Assembly: GCA_964016885.1 (NCBI GenBank)
Contig: OZ024746.1
Span: forward strand, 57,660,001-57,724,000
DNA: 64,000 bases
Reading direction: 5' to 3'
Origin: Eledone cirrhosa
Taxonomy: Eukaryota
This document shows positions 26,995-41,780 of the stretch, one piece after another. The notes below the pieces were generated by a model, which was not told the origin of the DNA, did not search any database, and saw only the letters and a program-made list of their open reading frames with translations. How positions within the stretch are numbered: the first letter of the stretch is position 1; the number at the start of each line of letters is the position of its first letter. Made by a program: the position numbers and the translations under genes.

Positions 26995-28221
26995 TCTGAC
27001 ATCGGCTCTATCAGTAAGAATATCCTGGATAGAGTTCTACCATCATTGCGGGCAGCTTCACCACTTCCACTCTGGAGCAGAACATCTGAGGCAATATCAT
27101 GGTTCTAAAAATTACCCGACAAACACCACACTCGCTTCCTGCAACTCGACATAGAAAACTACTATGCCTCTATCTCGGAGACCCTCCTGAAGGACGCAAT
27201 TAACTTTGCCAGGAATTTTACCAGCATTACCGATGCCGAGCAAGTTGTTATCCTCCACGCTCGTAAGACCTTTCTATACCACGATGGATCTTACTGGATC
27301 AACAAGAAATCTCAGACCCTATTTGACGTTAGCATGGGGGCGAGTGACTCGGCTGAAATTAGCGACCTTGTGGGCCTGTACATCCTACATCACCTGAAGA
27401 ACCTCTTTACCGGCCTAACGGGAGGTTTATACCGAGACGACGGCCTCTTCGCCCTGCAGAAGGTTAACCCCAGAACCACCGATGGGTTTCGGAAAAACTT
27501 AAGCTCTTTCTTCTCTAATCTAGGATTTAGTATAACTATAGAATCTAATTTGACTAGGGCCAACTTCTTAGATGTCACTCTCGACCTAGATACTTCCCTC
27601 TATTACCCGTACCACAAACCTAACGAGTCCCTTAAATATATTAATGTTAATTCAAACCACCCCCAAAACATCACTGATAACCTAGTAAAAAGCGTTTCTA
27701 TTAGAATATCTGGCCTCTCAGCCAACAAAGATATTGTTAATGCATCTGCCTCCTACTACAATGAAGCCCTCGCCCGTAGCGGATTTAAAGATAAGATAAC
27801 TTACCTAGAAACCACCGCAAGATTGCAGAGGAGGAATAGACATAGGCAGATTAGCTGGTACAACCCTCCCTTCAATAGAGAGGTATCTACTCCGATATCT
27901 AGGATTTTCTTCACTTTGCTGAAATTACACTTCCCCATACAACATAGGTACCACACCATCTTTAATAAGAACCCAATAAGACTGTCTTACTCCACCACAC
28001 CTAACCTAGCTAGGAATATAGCCAACCACAATTCTAAAAAATTAAATAAGCCAACCACCTCCGAACCCAATCCCTGCGACCTTTGTATTTCAGAGAGCTA
28101 CGAAATTTTATTCGCCAAAGGCGCGCTACTGAACAAACTCTCTGAACACTGCCCGAACTGCATGCACAAGAAATTTGCAACTTTCAAACACTTTAAGCCA
28201 GTGTTAAAGCCCGATGGCTAA
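26995..28221 (+). pseudogene. PLE reverse transcriptase remnant; GIY-YIG core deleted
   Basis: SDIGSISKNILDR; QLDIENYYASI; FDVSMGASDSAEISDLVG; GGLYRDDGL; NFLDVTLDL; WYNPPF. Jumps directly to the C-terminal CDLCISE..LLNK. Confidence 0.9.
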
Positions 28222-28513
28222 AAACGACCTTCCCCTATTGGCCCCTATACATCCTTCCCACCCCTCCTCAACCTGAAATACGGCCACTATGGTTATGTGA
28301 GTACCTCTTTCCTATCTACATTTTCTGCCTGTAGAGGTGTTTTTATGTGCCTGCGTATATGCGTATATTTATTGCGTACTTATTTATTTGTATGTGTATG
28401 TATTTGTGTGTATGTGTGTATATGTATGTGTATGTATATATATATAGGTATGTGTGTATATGTGTTTTATGTGTGTATTTTTATGTATGTATATGTATGT
28501 ATATATGTATATG

Positions 28514-28570
<57 letters not shown>

Positions 28571-28657
28571 ATATATGTGTATGTATGTGTATGTGTATGT
28601 ATGTATATGTATGTATGCATATATATATATGTATATGTATGTATGTATATGTATATG

Positions 28658-28722
<65 letters not shown>

Positions 28723-28760
28723 ATGTGTGTGTGTGTATATATATGTGTGTGTGTGTGCAG

Positions 28761-28833
<73 letters not shown>

Positions 28834-29092
28834 AGTACCTCTTATATATATGTGAGTACCTCTTATATATATATATGTGAGTACTTCTTTCCTATCTACA
28901 TGTTCTGCCTGTAGAGGTGTTTTTATGTGCCTGCGTATATGCGTATATTTATTGAGTACTTTTTATTCGTATGTGTATATATTTGTGTGTATGTTTATAT
29001 ATATATGTGTATGTATATATATATATGTATGTGTGTATATGTGTTTTATGTGTGTATTTTTATGTATGTATATGTATGTATATATGTATATG

Positions 29093-29155
<63 letters not shown>

Positions 29156-29240
29156 ATATATGTGTATGTATGTCTATGTGTATGTATGTATATGTATGTA
29201 TGTATATATATATGTATATGTATGTATGTATATGTATATG

Positions 29241-29289
<49 letters not shown>

Positions 29290-29366
29290 ATGTGTGTATG
29301 TGTGTGTGTGTGTGTATATATATATGTGTGTGTGTGTGCAGGTGTGTATATATATATATATATGTG

Positions 29367-29445
<79 letters not shown>

Positions 29446-29808
29446 GTGCGTGAGAGAGAGTGTGTGTGTATATATTTGTGTGTGTGTGTATGTGTGTATG
29501 GGTGTATATATATGTATATATGTTTGTATGTAGTATGTATGTGTATGTTTATGTATATGTATATATGTATATATATAGATGTATATATATAGATATATAT
29601 ATATATTTATATATATGCATGTGTATGTGTGTGTGTGTGTGTATATATGTGTATATGTGTGTGTGTGTATATATGTGTGTGTATATGTATGTATGTATGT
29701 ATGTGTGTATGTGTGTTTGTATGTGTGTGTATGTGTGTATATGTATATATGTGTATATATGTTGTGTGTTTGTGTGTATGTGTATATATGTGTGTATATG
29801 TATATTTG

Positions 29809-29883
<75 letters not shown>

Positions 29884-30693
29884 ATATATATATATATATA
29901 TATATATAAACAAGGTTTAGTAAATAATGAAAAAGTTTCAAAATAAATTTAAAAAAATTGACTTTACCTACTATAGTTACCTTTACCGATCGGTTTCGAA
30001 TCCCAAAAATAATACGGAGACCATACGGCCTTCGTTGCAAAGAAAGATTCTCGTCAGAAGGTTCTTTTCATTCAAAGAATATAAAATTCCTGAATTTAAA
30101 TCACAAACTAGCGCTATCAAAAACTGTTCCTGGGATGAGAGTGGATGATGTAGAACAGGTTTATCAAGGGCCGTAGCAAAGATAGAGGCAAAAGGAGGTA
30201 GGTCAAACTAGCCACCGCTATTGCTAGCAGCAGTCGGAATTACCCGGTTTGTTCTCAACGTTAGTGGAGGTAGTAGTAATATGAAATACGTCCCTTCACG
30301 CACAAGGCGCCAAGGTACGCATGTATTGTCCAACCAAGTGCCAATGTGGTTCAATGGCGGGTTAATAAATTAACGAGCCAGAACAAATATAAACAAGGTT
30401 TAGTAAATAATGAAAAAGTTTCAAAATAAATTTAAAAAAATTGACTTTACCTACTATAGTTACCTTTACCGATCGGTTTCGAATCCTAAAAATAAAACGG
30501 AGACCATACGGCCTTCGTTGCAAAGAAAGATTCTCGTCAGAAGGTTCTTTTCATTCAAAGAATATAAAATTCCTGAATTTAAATCACAAACTAGCGCTAT
30601 CAAAACATCATCCACTCTCATCCCAGGAACAGTTTTTGATAGCGCTAGTTTGTGATTTAAATTCAGGAATTGTATATTTTTTGAATGAAAAGA

Positions 30694-30777
30694 ACCTTCT
30701 GACGAGAATCTTTCTTTGCAACGAAGGCCGGATGGTCTCCGTTTTATTTTTGGGATTCGAAACCGATCGGTAAAGGT
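30694..30777 (+). ncRNA. Type I hammerhead with palindromic stem III and long stem II
   Basis: ACCTT-CTGACGA-GAATC..GATTC-GAA-ACCGATCGGT-A-AAGGT. Confidence 0.88.
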
Positions 30778-31176
30778 AACTATAGTAGGTAAAGTCAATT
30801 TTTTTAAATTTATTTTGAAACTTTTTCATTATTTACTAAACCTTGTTTATATTTGTTCTGGCTCGTTAATTTATTAACCCGCCATTGAACCACATTGGCA
30901 CTTGGTTGTACAATACATGCGTACCTTGGCGCCTTGTGCGTGAAGGGACGTATTTCATATTACTACTACCTCCACTAACGTTGAGAACAAACCGGGTAAT
31001 TCCGACTGCTGCTAGCAATAGCGGTGGCTAGTTTGACCTACCTCCTTTTGCCTCTATCTTTGCTACGGCCCTTGATAAACCTGTTCTACATCATCCACTC
31101 TCATCCCAGGAACAGTTTTTGATAGCGCTAGTTTGTGATTTAAATTCAGGAATTTTATATTCTTTGAATGAAAAGA

Positions 31177-31260
31177 ACCTTCTGACGAGAATCTTTCTTT
31201 GCAACGAAGGCCGTATGGTCTCCGTTTTATTTTTGGGATTCGAAACCGATCGGTAAAGGT
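31177..31260 (+). ncRNA. Type I hammerhead, second plus-strand copy
   Basis: Same motif, 483 bp downstream. Confidence 0.88.
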
Positions 31261-31428
31261 AACTATAGTAGGTAAAGTCAATTTTTTAAAATTTACTTTG
31301 AAACTTTTTCATTATTTACTAAACCCTGTTTATATTTGTTCTGGCTCGTTATTAACCCGCCATTGAACCACATTGGCACTTGGTTGGACAATACATGCGT
31401 ACCTTGGCGCCTTGTGCGTGAAGGGACG

Positions 31429-31531
<103 letters not shown>

Positions 31532-31655
31532 TATATATTATGTATGTATGTATGTGTGTATGTGTGTATGTATGTGTGTGTGTGTGTATATATGTATATA
31601 TGTGTATATATGTTGTGTGTGTGTGTATGTGTATATATGTGTGTATATGTATATT

Positions 31656-31760
<105 letters not shown>

Positions 31761-31802
31761 ATATGGGTGTATGTATTTGTGTATATATGTATGTTTGTGT
31801 GT

Positions 31803-31861
<59 letters not shown>

Positions 31862-31880
31862 TATATGTATGAATGGTGTA

Positions 31881-31951
<71 letters not shown>

Positions 31952-32173
31952 ATGTATGGTGCTTTTTCCTTATATATGTGTATATGTGTGTGTGTCTGTA
32001 TATATATATGTATGTATGTGTGTGTATGTATATGTATATATTTGTCTGTGAGTATTGATTTATTATTTTCTAGATCGTACAGGCAGACCTTACGTTGTTG
32101 AATTAAGATGTTTCACTCTAGCGATCTTATTAGTCAATTGCAACTATAACATGTAAATGTTCATCAAATGTTA

Positions 32174-32242
<69 letters not shown>

Positions 32243-32264
32243 TATATGTGTGTGTTTGTGTGTA

Positions 32265-32297
<33 letters not shown>

Positions 32298-32324
32298 GTA
32301 TGTGTGTGTATGTATGTATGTATG

Positions 32325-32380
<56 letters not shown>

Positions 32381-33116
32381 ATATATATATCTATGTGTAT
32401 ATGTATGTATATGTATAACACATGTATATTTGTGTGTATGTTTGTATGTGTGTGAGTGTATATATATATGTGTATATATGTGTGTGTGTGTGTGTGTGTA
32501 TATATATGAATGTGTGTATGTGTATATATATATATATATGTGTATATATATATATATATATGAATATATTTATATATGTGTGTGTGTTTTTATGTGTGTA
32601 TATGTGTATGTGTATGTGTGTTTATGGTTGCGCGCGAGTGTGTGAGTGAGTGTGTTTTTTTGTGAATGTGTCTGTTGATTTTTGGCATATAGTTGATTAG
32701 TTTAAGAGAAGTTCGAAGATAATTGTAAGATATGCACTCAGTATCTTGAATCTGTCTACATAATTCTCTAAACCTTTGTCACTTAGTAGAACCTTAATGA
32801 ATTTAGCTTTTAAAGAATCTCCCTTTCCTTTAATTCTATCTACCATGACTGACCCCCCACTGATCTTATATACATCTGTTAGCTTGAGAGAAACTTAATG
32901 ACAAGGAATGGTATGCCATCCGGAACCTGTTTATAGAATTCTGTCTGCCTTTGTTACTCTAAAAACAAAAATTAATAAAAATAAACTATAACTTTGTAGA
33001 ATTAGCTTTTAATGAATTCCCTTTTCTATCCACCAATGACCTACACACATCCCACTCCCCATCCTCTCCTATCACTTGTAGAGACCTATAAATACCATAT
33101 TTATTTTTTGATACCC

Positions 33117-33167
33117 AGTTTCCTGATGATTTCTAAAGAATGAAACAGTTCTAGTCCTGTAGAATCT
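33117..33167 (+). ncRNA. Type I hammerhead motif in PLE pLTR
   Basis: TTC-CTGATGA-TTTCTAAAGAAT-GAAACAG..CTGTA-GAATCT. Confidence 0.72.
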
Positions 33168-33250
33168 CATCTATATTAAAACTTTCATACTCTGCAATTT
33201 ATTGAGTACCTTACTTACTGTGGTTACCTCCGATTCAACCCGGAATAACG

Positions 33251-33285
<35 letters not shown>

Positions 33286-33509
33286 CTACGTAAATTGACT
33301 TCCGTTTTTTCTATTCAAATTCCACTCCGAAACATGGGTAGAACATCCTTAACACTAACACGTGTTCACACAATTCCTCTCCAAACACACATTTATTCTG
33401 CATACAATGACAATAAAATATTTGCACATGCAACTGTTTGCATTGAAACAGAGCTAAACATTCAACTATATATTCACTTACACACACACAGATAAATAAA
33501 TAAATAAAT

Positions 33510-33568
<59 letters not shown>

Positions 33569-34559
33569 CGTTCATATATATACTTTTTTCCCTTCCTGTT
33601 TTACTCGCTTTCAATTCCTTTATGCATATGTATTCATACATAGTCATATGTATATATTTATAAATACGTGTGTGTTCATATGTATATGTTTATGCATACA
33701 TACATTTATATATATGTGTGTATATATGTTTTCCTTATCCAAATGTTTGGATTGCGAACGTCTCTCTATCTACATTCTTTGTAAACTCTGAACGCTATGT
33801 CAGCGCGATATACGGTCTATAGGCTTGTAATCATGTCTTCTCCCCAAAATACCAACATACCCTTTCATTTATAACCCTTCTATTATTAGCTAAATCATTG
33901 GAAATCATCCAGCAGCCATCGACCTGCCTGCCCTAACACCTAGTTTCGTGTTTGTTACGCCACGCCATAGATATCTCTCGTTCGTACTTTTTTCGTGTAA
34001 TTGTTATGCTGACATGTAGAAAATATATAATCTATACAACAATTCTTACATACAGCCATATAATTTTCGCGTCTTTATCTCAAAGACAAAGCAGGGCTTG
34101 CTATTCTATCCATTTATCTAACTACCTCTCCCGTTTTTCCCCCTCTCTCTATCCCCCCTCTCTCTCTATATCTATATATATATATTGTAATCTCTTCTTA
34201 CTGGTTCATTCCTGCTGTCAAAACGGAGGATAAATAGAGTGAATCAACAAACATCAAATCAGCAGCCGACCTACCTTCCATATTCATGCCTTGCATTTGA
34301 AAATATTTGTTCCACGTGCACACACATGAGAGTTTTAATGTTTGCCTTTTCAATGAAACTACATTCAATAACTACTTCATTTTCTGAACTCCCCACCTGC
34401 CACACATAGTTAATTTCCCCCATAATCCCGCAGCAAAATAGAGAAGATGGAGATAAAATCGGTGAATCTCATCTTTGATTGACTGTTAGCCACAACAATC
34501 TAATTCTTCTATATATCGCCACCATATAATCTTAAAAACAGAGATACATAATGAATTCA

Positions 34560-35820
34560 AATTATGTGCATTCGTATTCTCTGTCTTCCTTTGTATATAT
34601 TTACTTGAGTTTTACTTTGGTGGTGCTTGCTTTCAATTGCATTTTTCCAGTCTTAGCGCTAAAGTCACATAGTATTTTTCGGAATAGAAATCTTACTGAA
34701 TTATACAACATCGATATGATAATTTTTCTTGGAACTTTTCGCTTTTTGTAAGACAAAACACGAGACTCTAGATAAATGCGTCAAAATTGCAGATGCCAAT
34801 ATGTTAAAAGTACCAGGGAAATTTCCCTGAAATCACACACTTACAATGGGAAGGGTATATTGTCTAATATAGATCCTTGAATATTAGAGTTACAGTACGT
34901 AGTAAGACGAACATCTAATGCCAGCTTAACATATGTTAGGAATAAGAGCCATAGATCTATTTCCAATATGGCATTTATTTCCAAATGATTCCCTTGCAAT
35001 TTCTCCCCAGAGAGTCAAGAACTTCCAGTATGAGATTCACTAATACGAAATGTGTGTCATGCCAGCAGATGTTAAGAGACGATACTGCGGTATGAGCATT
35101 CTGCTAGTAATAGTTAGACCACTATCAAATGTCCCATACGGTATGCTATTAATAGTGTGATTTTGATGTTTTCTTACCTTCATTAGATCAATTAAATTTT
35201 ATGATAATAAAGTGATTTCTCCTTTGCATATACTTTGCATGACCGACATACGAAACAACGTATTAGGAAAATTGAAGCTCGCCAAAGATCACTTAAAAAA
35301 AACTTAGATGGCATTGTAGGCCGTGACTATTGGGATAAACTAAAAAATGTAAAACTAAACCCTTTCCAACGCCACCGTTAAGGGAATATTACCTGTATGA
35401 TGTGAAAAGTCAACATTGCTTAAATGATTTCGGCATACTTTTAAAAAATGAAATTACGGCTTGTGTCGCGTGCTAACCGCGTATAACAAAAATCAAAATC
35501 ACATTTCATGATAACATTACGATAACATTATTTCACCTCTACTGGTCCCGTTCTCTTTAACAACACACAGAAACACAGAAAATGAGAAACAGATCGAATA
35601 CTATACAAAATGTGTTTGATGAAATTCATCCAAGTAATTCCAGATGAACCTCAACTCCGCGATATGTCACCGAAACCAATAACTCTCTATATGAGTAGGC
35701 TATAGTCACCAAAACATGACATATGTGTGGATCATGATTTGAAAGACTTTACCTGGTGATATTATTACGTTAGACATGGCTTGGGCTGTTGTTGACGGAA
35801 TCTAATCAAAGCTCTCTAAA
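34560..35820 (+). mobile_element. Highly decayed CR1/Jockey-group LINE 3' fragment
   Basis: ~35325-35405 translates DYWDKLKNVKLNPFQRHR, resembling the DYWERLKxLKLYSLQRRRER motif. Many stops. Confidence 0.45.
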
Positions 35821-36475
35821 CCGTTATATATATTAAAGGTATCCTAAACGGACGGTAGTCCGTTTAGTAATATTGTTGTGGTCGTGTTTTCGTTGGCAAT
35901 CGTCTGTTTACGACAGTACAGCGCGGCTCTACTTTATTTAATTGAGATAAAACTTATATGAGCATGAACAGTAGATCATTACACATCTTTTGGTTTAAAA
36001 ATCTAGAAATTTGGTCCAGCGGGAAAAAGTTTATAATCAAAGTTTGCTGATAAATCTTGTGTTCAAGTGAGTAGTAAGCGTGACGCTAGGGGAGGTAATC
36101 CAGAAATGACGACGTTTGGAAAAGTTTAATTACTGCATGAAAGAAATGATTAAACAATTGAACTTGCTCAATCTTCACAACATTGAAAATTGGTCAAAAT
36201 TTGACAAATCTGACTTCAATCCAGACATGATTCATTTGAACAATGTTGGAAATCTTAAATTGACACGAATTTTTGCCAATGTTTTTGCCACCTGATCCTT
36301 GTTCTATGGCTGACTGACTAATTTTCTGACTTAATAAAATGTCATCATACTAGTAATGCACAATGGTCATTTTAAAATTTAAATTTTATTAAATAGTTGT
36401 TGCTTGCATTGCCTTAAAATAGTAACAAGAATGTACACATACTTATTAAAAATACATCATTATCAGTCAAATCAG

Positions 36476-36835
36476 TCAAATGTCACTAAAAGCCAGGTGG
36501 TCGATAACAACTTCTATAAGATTAGTTACATGCTCACACATTGGATCACCTCTCATCAATGGCATTGGGTGTCTGAGATAATCGTGGAGATAACTGATGA
36601 AGTCACAAATGAAGTGATGGTCTTCCAGTGTGAACAACTCCCTATATCCATTGATATATGTGATGGCTTCCGATTCATAGGTGCATTTTATGAGGAATTC
36701 CATGCATCCGATTTTCAGTGATTCAATGGGCATTTTATCAGAGATGATAAGGTATTTGACCACGTTTTGCTTTGTAAGTAAATTTGAGAGAATCACTGTA
36801 GTCAACGTCATTTCTTTGCATGGGTTTTTGTCCAT
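36476..36835 (-). CDS. 119-aa ORF resembling a BACK-like helical region that follows BTB domains
   Basis: LSNLLTKQNVVKYLIISDKMPIESLKIGCMEFL fits the pattern LxxxLxxxNVxxxLxxADxxxxxxLKxxCxxF. Preceded by TTTTTAG and followed by AATAAA. Confidence 0.4.
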   Translation of the reverse strand: MDKNPCKEMTLTTVILSNLLTKQNVVKYLIISDKMPIESLKIGCMEFLIKCTYESEAITYINGYRELFTLEDHHFICDFISYLHDYLRHPMPLMRGDPMCEHVTNLIEVVIDHLAFSDI

Positions 36836-37107
36836 TCTAAAAAGCTAAAATGATAAAGTATTACTACTTACATCTATTGTTGTAACACCATTGAAATGCA
36901 CAAGTTTCACAAATTCACTATTATGCACTAATCATCTCAAATGCATTCATGATTTACTAGGTTTGTCATTAAGCCAGTTGCCTCAACTAGATTGCAATTA
37001 TACTCAAAAGAACTTTAAAATGTCAATCACTTGTCAGTAATTCACTATGATCATTTAATTATTAGATAGTTGTTGCTTGCATTGCCTTAAAACATAGTAG
37101 ACCAGAT

Positions 37108-38130
37108 ACAAAAATGCGTACAGCAAAAAAAAGTAATATTGTTGGAATATAAACCTTTAAAAATACAGGACAAGAAACTAAAATAAAACTTTAAAAGAAT
37201 GGGACAAGAAACTAAGATAAAACTTTAAAAGAATAGGACAAGAAACTAAGATAAAACTTTAAAGAATTGGACAAGAAATAAAAATGTTTACAATAATATT
37301 ATTGGCAACATTTTTTTATTCGTTTCCTGTGCTATGCCCCAGTATCTTCTTGATTAGTGCATAATAATTGTCATGCTCTCATTGTGCGTTGCCCCTGAGC
37401 GGTTGGTTCTGGTTGAGGTTGGTTGGCTGAGCAGTTCTGCTCCGTCAGAATGACCATTGCAAGAAGAATTGGCCGATGCAGCTGCAGGTCTCCTCCAAGA
37501 ATGCACTTCTGGTCCCGCAACACCACACGAAGATGGAGAAGACGACCGGGACAAGATGTCGACTCTGACCACCGACTACGGCACCTCCCTCAACCACCGG
37601 TCCTCCCTCCCTCTGTCCCGTCATCCCTCCAGTCCTCCTGCTCCCCCTTCCTGTACCAGAAAGCTGTGGCACGCATTCATCTGGACTGCCGGACTTGACT
37701 CAAGGACAAGATGCAAGGAGAAGATGGACGGGTTGGTCAAGATCAAGGATCAGCGGGACGACAAGACCGTCCGCTGCTGCTCAAGATCTGTGATCATGGG
37801 CCCATGGGTCCATTCACATTATGCATGACACACGAGGTGTGTCGCCGAATGATGAAATAGGGGTATGGTTATGGCCCAATTGGTGTTCAAACCAGGATCA
37901 AATGATCCCCCCGTCTGACGACGACCTCTGAATGTGGAACTCGATTTTTTACCAATAAAAATGTTGCCACTAATATTATTGTAAATTTTTTTATTTCTTG
38001 TCCAATTCTTTAAAGTTTTATCTTAGTTTCTTGTCCTATTCTTTTAAAGTTTTATCTTAGTTTCTTGTCCTGTATTTTTAAAGGTTTATATTCCAACAAT
38101 ATTACTTTTTTTGCTGTACGCATTTTTCTA
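37108..38130. repeat. Inverted repeats (~37108-37321 / 37954-38130) with ~32-bp internal subrepeats around a GC-rich core
   Basis: GGACAAGAAACTAAGATAAAACTTTAAAAGAAT occurs x3-4 on the left and is mirrored x2-3 on the right. Confidence 0.85.
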
Positions 38131-38134
38131 TCTG

Positions 38135-38187
<53 letters not shown>

Positions 38188-38309
38188 ATATATATATGTG
38201 TGTATATATATATATATATAGGTTTATCCCATGTTCAATCGGGGGGGGGGGGGCACAGTAAGGAAGGTACTCAATACATACCAGAGTATTAATATTTAAT
38301 ATAGAAATG

Positions 38310-38385
38310 GCTTCTACAGGACTAGACTGTTTCATTCGGGAGAAACACTCGAATGAACCAGTTCTAATCCCGTAGAAGGCATCTC
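38310..38385. repeat. Fold-back remnant of the 25.9/33.1-kb HHR family, inverted within stem II
   Basis: TTCTACAGGACTAGACTGTTTCATTCG..CGAATGAACCAGTTCTAATCCCGTAGAA. Confidence 0.6.
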
Positions 38386-38389
38386 ACTA

Positions 38390-38474
<85 letters not shown>

Positions 38475-39160
38475 CTCGCTTCCTCTCTCTCTCTATCTCT
38501 CTCTCTCTATATATATGTGTGTGTATGTGTGTGTATAATATACATACATATATATATATATATATATGTACATGGTGTTGGTATTTCTTTGCAAGAATGG
38601 TTGTTTGGATGTTGATTCTCATCACAGCTCCCGTCACATATTGTATGTCCTCCTCAGTGACTACTTTTGGTGCTACTTTGTTACACCATATTGCCAGGGA
38701 GAATGTAAGAAAGAACAAACGAGAGACACAAAATAACAACGGATTAAGTCATTAAGGAAGTCACAGAATATGTGCCGAAAGACATTTGATGACAATCAAC
38801 AAATCGGCTGTGAAATTATAATAATAGATTGAAGTGAAACCCACACGCACGATTCTTTTTATAAGCAGCATGACGCTCACAAAGTATAACAATATATACA
38901 TATATACATGTGTGTGTTCGTGTGGGTGTATGTGTGTGTTTGTGTGTGTATGTATTTGTCTGCGTATGTATGTGTGTATGTGCGTATCATTGTATGTATG
39001 TGTGTATGTGTGTGTATTTGTGTGTCTATGTGTTTGTATATGCTATAAACAGCGATTGACTATCGAATATATATTCCTAGCTATGAGCAAGCAACACCTC
39101 AAAATATAGTATCAATAAATATACTGTATGATTTACAAGATATATATATATAATATATAT

Positions 39161-39282
<122 letters not shown>

Positions 39283-39703
39283 CATAACTTAGTATGTGTG
39301 TGTGTGTGAATGCGCGTGGGCGCGTGAGTGTGTGTGTATGTGTGGTTAAAACCCAACTAGATTTACATCGAAATATATTGACTTTAAATCTAAGACACCT
39401 GAATGTTTATAATTATTTCTTTAAGACAATATTTCCTGATATCTAACATAATAGCCATCGGATGAAATACAGAGCAGAGCTGAAAGACTTTAACCTTGCA
39501 ATATATCTTCAGCTTATCTTCAAGTATTCACACATACACACACACTAACACTTACACAAAGACAAACATATATATATATACACAAGTACGAACACACATA
39601 TATTCATATATGGTCTGTGTATATTATATAATTCTTATGGATATATATTTTCATATATCATAATTATATTTATATATATATATACACACACATATATATA
39701 TAC

Positions 39704-39765
<62 letters not shown>

Positions 39766-39850
39766 TATATATGTATATATATTTCTATAAATATATATTT
39801 ATTTATTCATACATATATATATATATGTATGTATATATATATATATTTAT

Positions 39851-39916
<66 letters not shown>

Positions 39917-41714
39917 TTATTTATTTGTTTATACATATATGTATGTCCAAAGATATATTTATATATATGTATATAGATATATACAAATGTATGTGTATGT
40001 GTTATAGCAAGTAGACATCTGTTAGTGAGTGTATGTATTTGTGTTTGTGTATATAATCATCAGCAACAATCCAACATTATCGACTGATTTATGTACTTTC
40101 ACTGTATTGAATCTCGTTCTGATAGATTACTGTCGAGCGTTGAGGTCTTCTGTCTTCTCTCTTACTTCTTTCAATCGTATCGCCATATCAACAAACTCAT
40201 TTCACTCCACGATTTCTTTCCATCTTCCACTAATGCCGATATAATAAGACTTTTGTATTCCACACTGTCAGAGATGTGACTCCGGTGAAAGATGGCATTT
40301 CTTATTCAAGATTTACCTACAGCTATTATTTCAGTTAGCTATGAAATGGAATTAGGTTTAAAGTGATAAATAGAAGACCTGTTTGTATGAAAATCCAAAG
40401 AATTGTGCCTTAGCGCGTTTAAAGTGATTTTACTAAAACGACTAAGAAATATAAAAGGTCGGGAGATTTTTTGGGATATACGACTCTTCATGTGACTGAA
40501 TATATATGCGCAATTTTCATAAATATTCAAACAGTATTATTTATCAGATTTATCCAATAATTGTTATCTTATTGGTTATAATAAATCTATATATGCATAC
40601 AAAGTTGAGAGTGGTGTGTACGCGTGAGTGTTTTATTAATAATTGTGTACCGATTTAATGTTGGAATGTTTACAGGTTTTATTACAAAAAGGAATGGTGC
40701 TGATTCTCAGATCGGATCAAAGAGAGAATGTTTTCTATGACCTTTCCATTGCCGATAATATCCGCCCGTTGCTGGCCTTGTTTGAAAAGAAGAGACAATT
40801 ATTTGAGAATCTATACATAGTCACTTTGTCCGCTAGAATAATGACTACATAACTCAATTCGCATATTAATAACTTTTGAATACAAAAACAACCTGTAATG
40901 ACTAAGCCGAAAATATACATGAAGAGGCCTGTCAATTTGAATGTTTATGTCTTTACTATGAAAATTAGTAATATTATAAAAACACTTTTTTATATATATA
41001 AAGCAGTTATTATGTTGTTACGTTCCCTTCGGGAATATATAACTAATGCAGTTTTATGTGGTATATGACGTTAAGTTTTAAAATATTGTAGTCCTGCATA
41101 TACGCTCGGTTAAAAATGGTCAGCTAAACATAGCAATAAACAATATCAGCAGCAACACAAACAGCAACAATAACATGAACAACATTAACAACGTCTGAAT
41201 CAGCTATGCTTTTCTACCACATAGTAAATTGTACATTTTCAATCTTCCTATTACTCACAACTAATTAAACATTCTATATTATTTACACCAGTATTGATTT
41301 ACAGGACTCTGAAAAATTACATTTACGCACGTATATTGTTAACTGAATTGTTTTTATCTTCTATAGTTATCTTATATTTTTGCTGTCTCTATTCAAGATT
41401 ATCCTAGCAATCACGGTTTTCAATGATTGGAGAACATTGACCTCGAATACCAATCATAACGATGGCTAGTATAGAATTACTTGTTTAATCATTTCAGCAA
41501 AATTTACCCACGATGTATTTCGCGCTGATTTAGAGCTCTGAAACGAAGCATTAAGATTTATTTTCCTTTACCCGTCATATATCCTGGTGCTTTGGTTTGT
41601 CCTACGCATGTCCTATAACTGGGGTATTATATTATTTTAAAATAGTCGATCAGTTTCTGTTCTGAGAAAATTACTCGAGATCGCGTTATATAAATATCTG
41701 GAATATATACATAC

Positions 41715-41780
<66 letters not shown>

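Noticed and set aside
29927-31281. Repeated 72-110 aa ORFs in the 483-bp unit
   Set aside because: Short, overlapping on both strands, no recognisable domain; by-products of the repeat.
38570-38750. Possible host exon with signal-peptide-like or Cys-rich translation
   Set aside because: In-frame stops near the putative starts and no clear splice context.
40029-40935. Cluster of short ORFs in unique sequence
   Set aside because: No motif and no consistent exon frame; cannot be supported.
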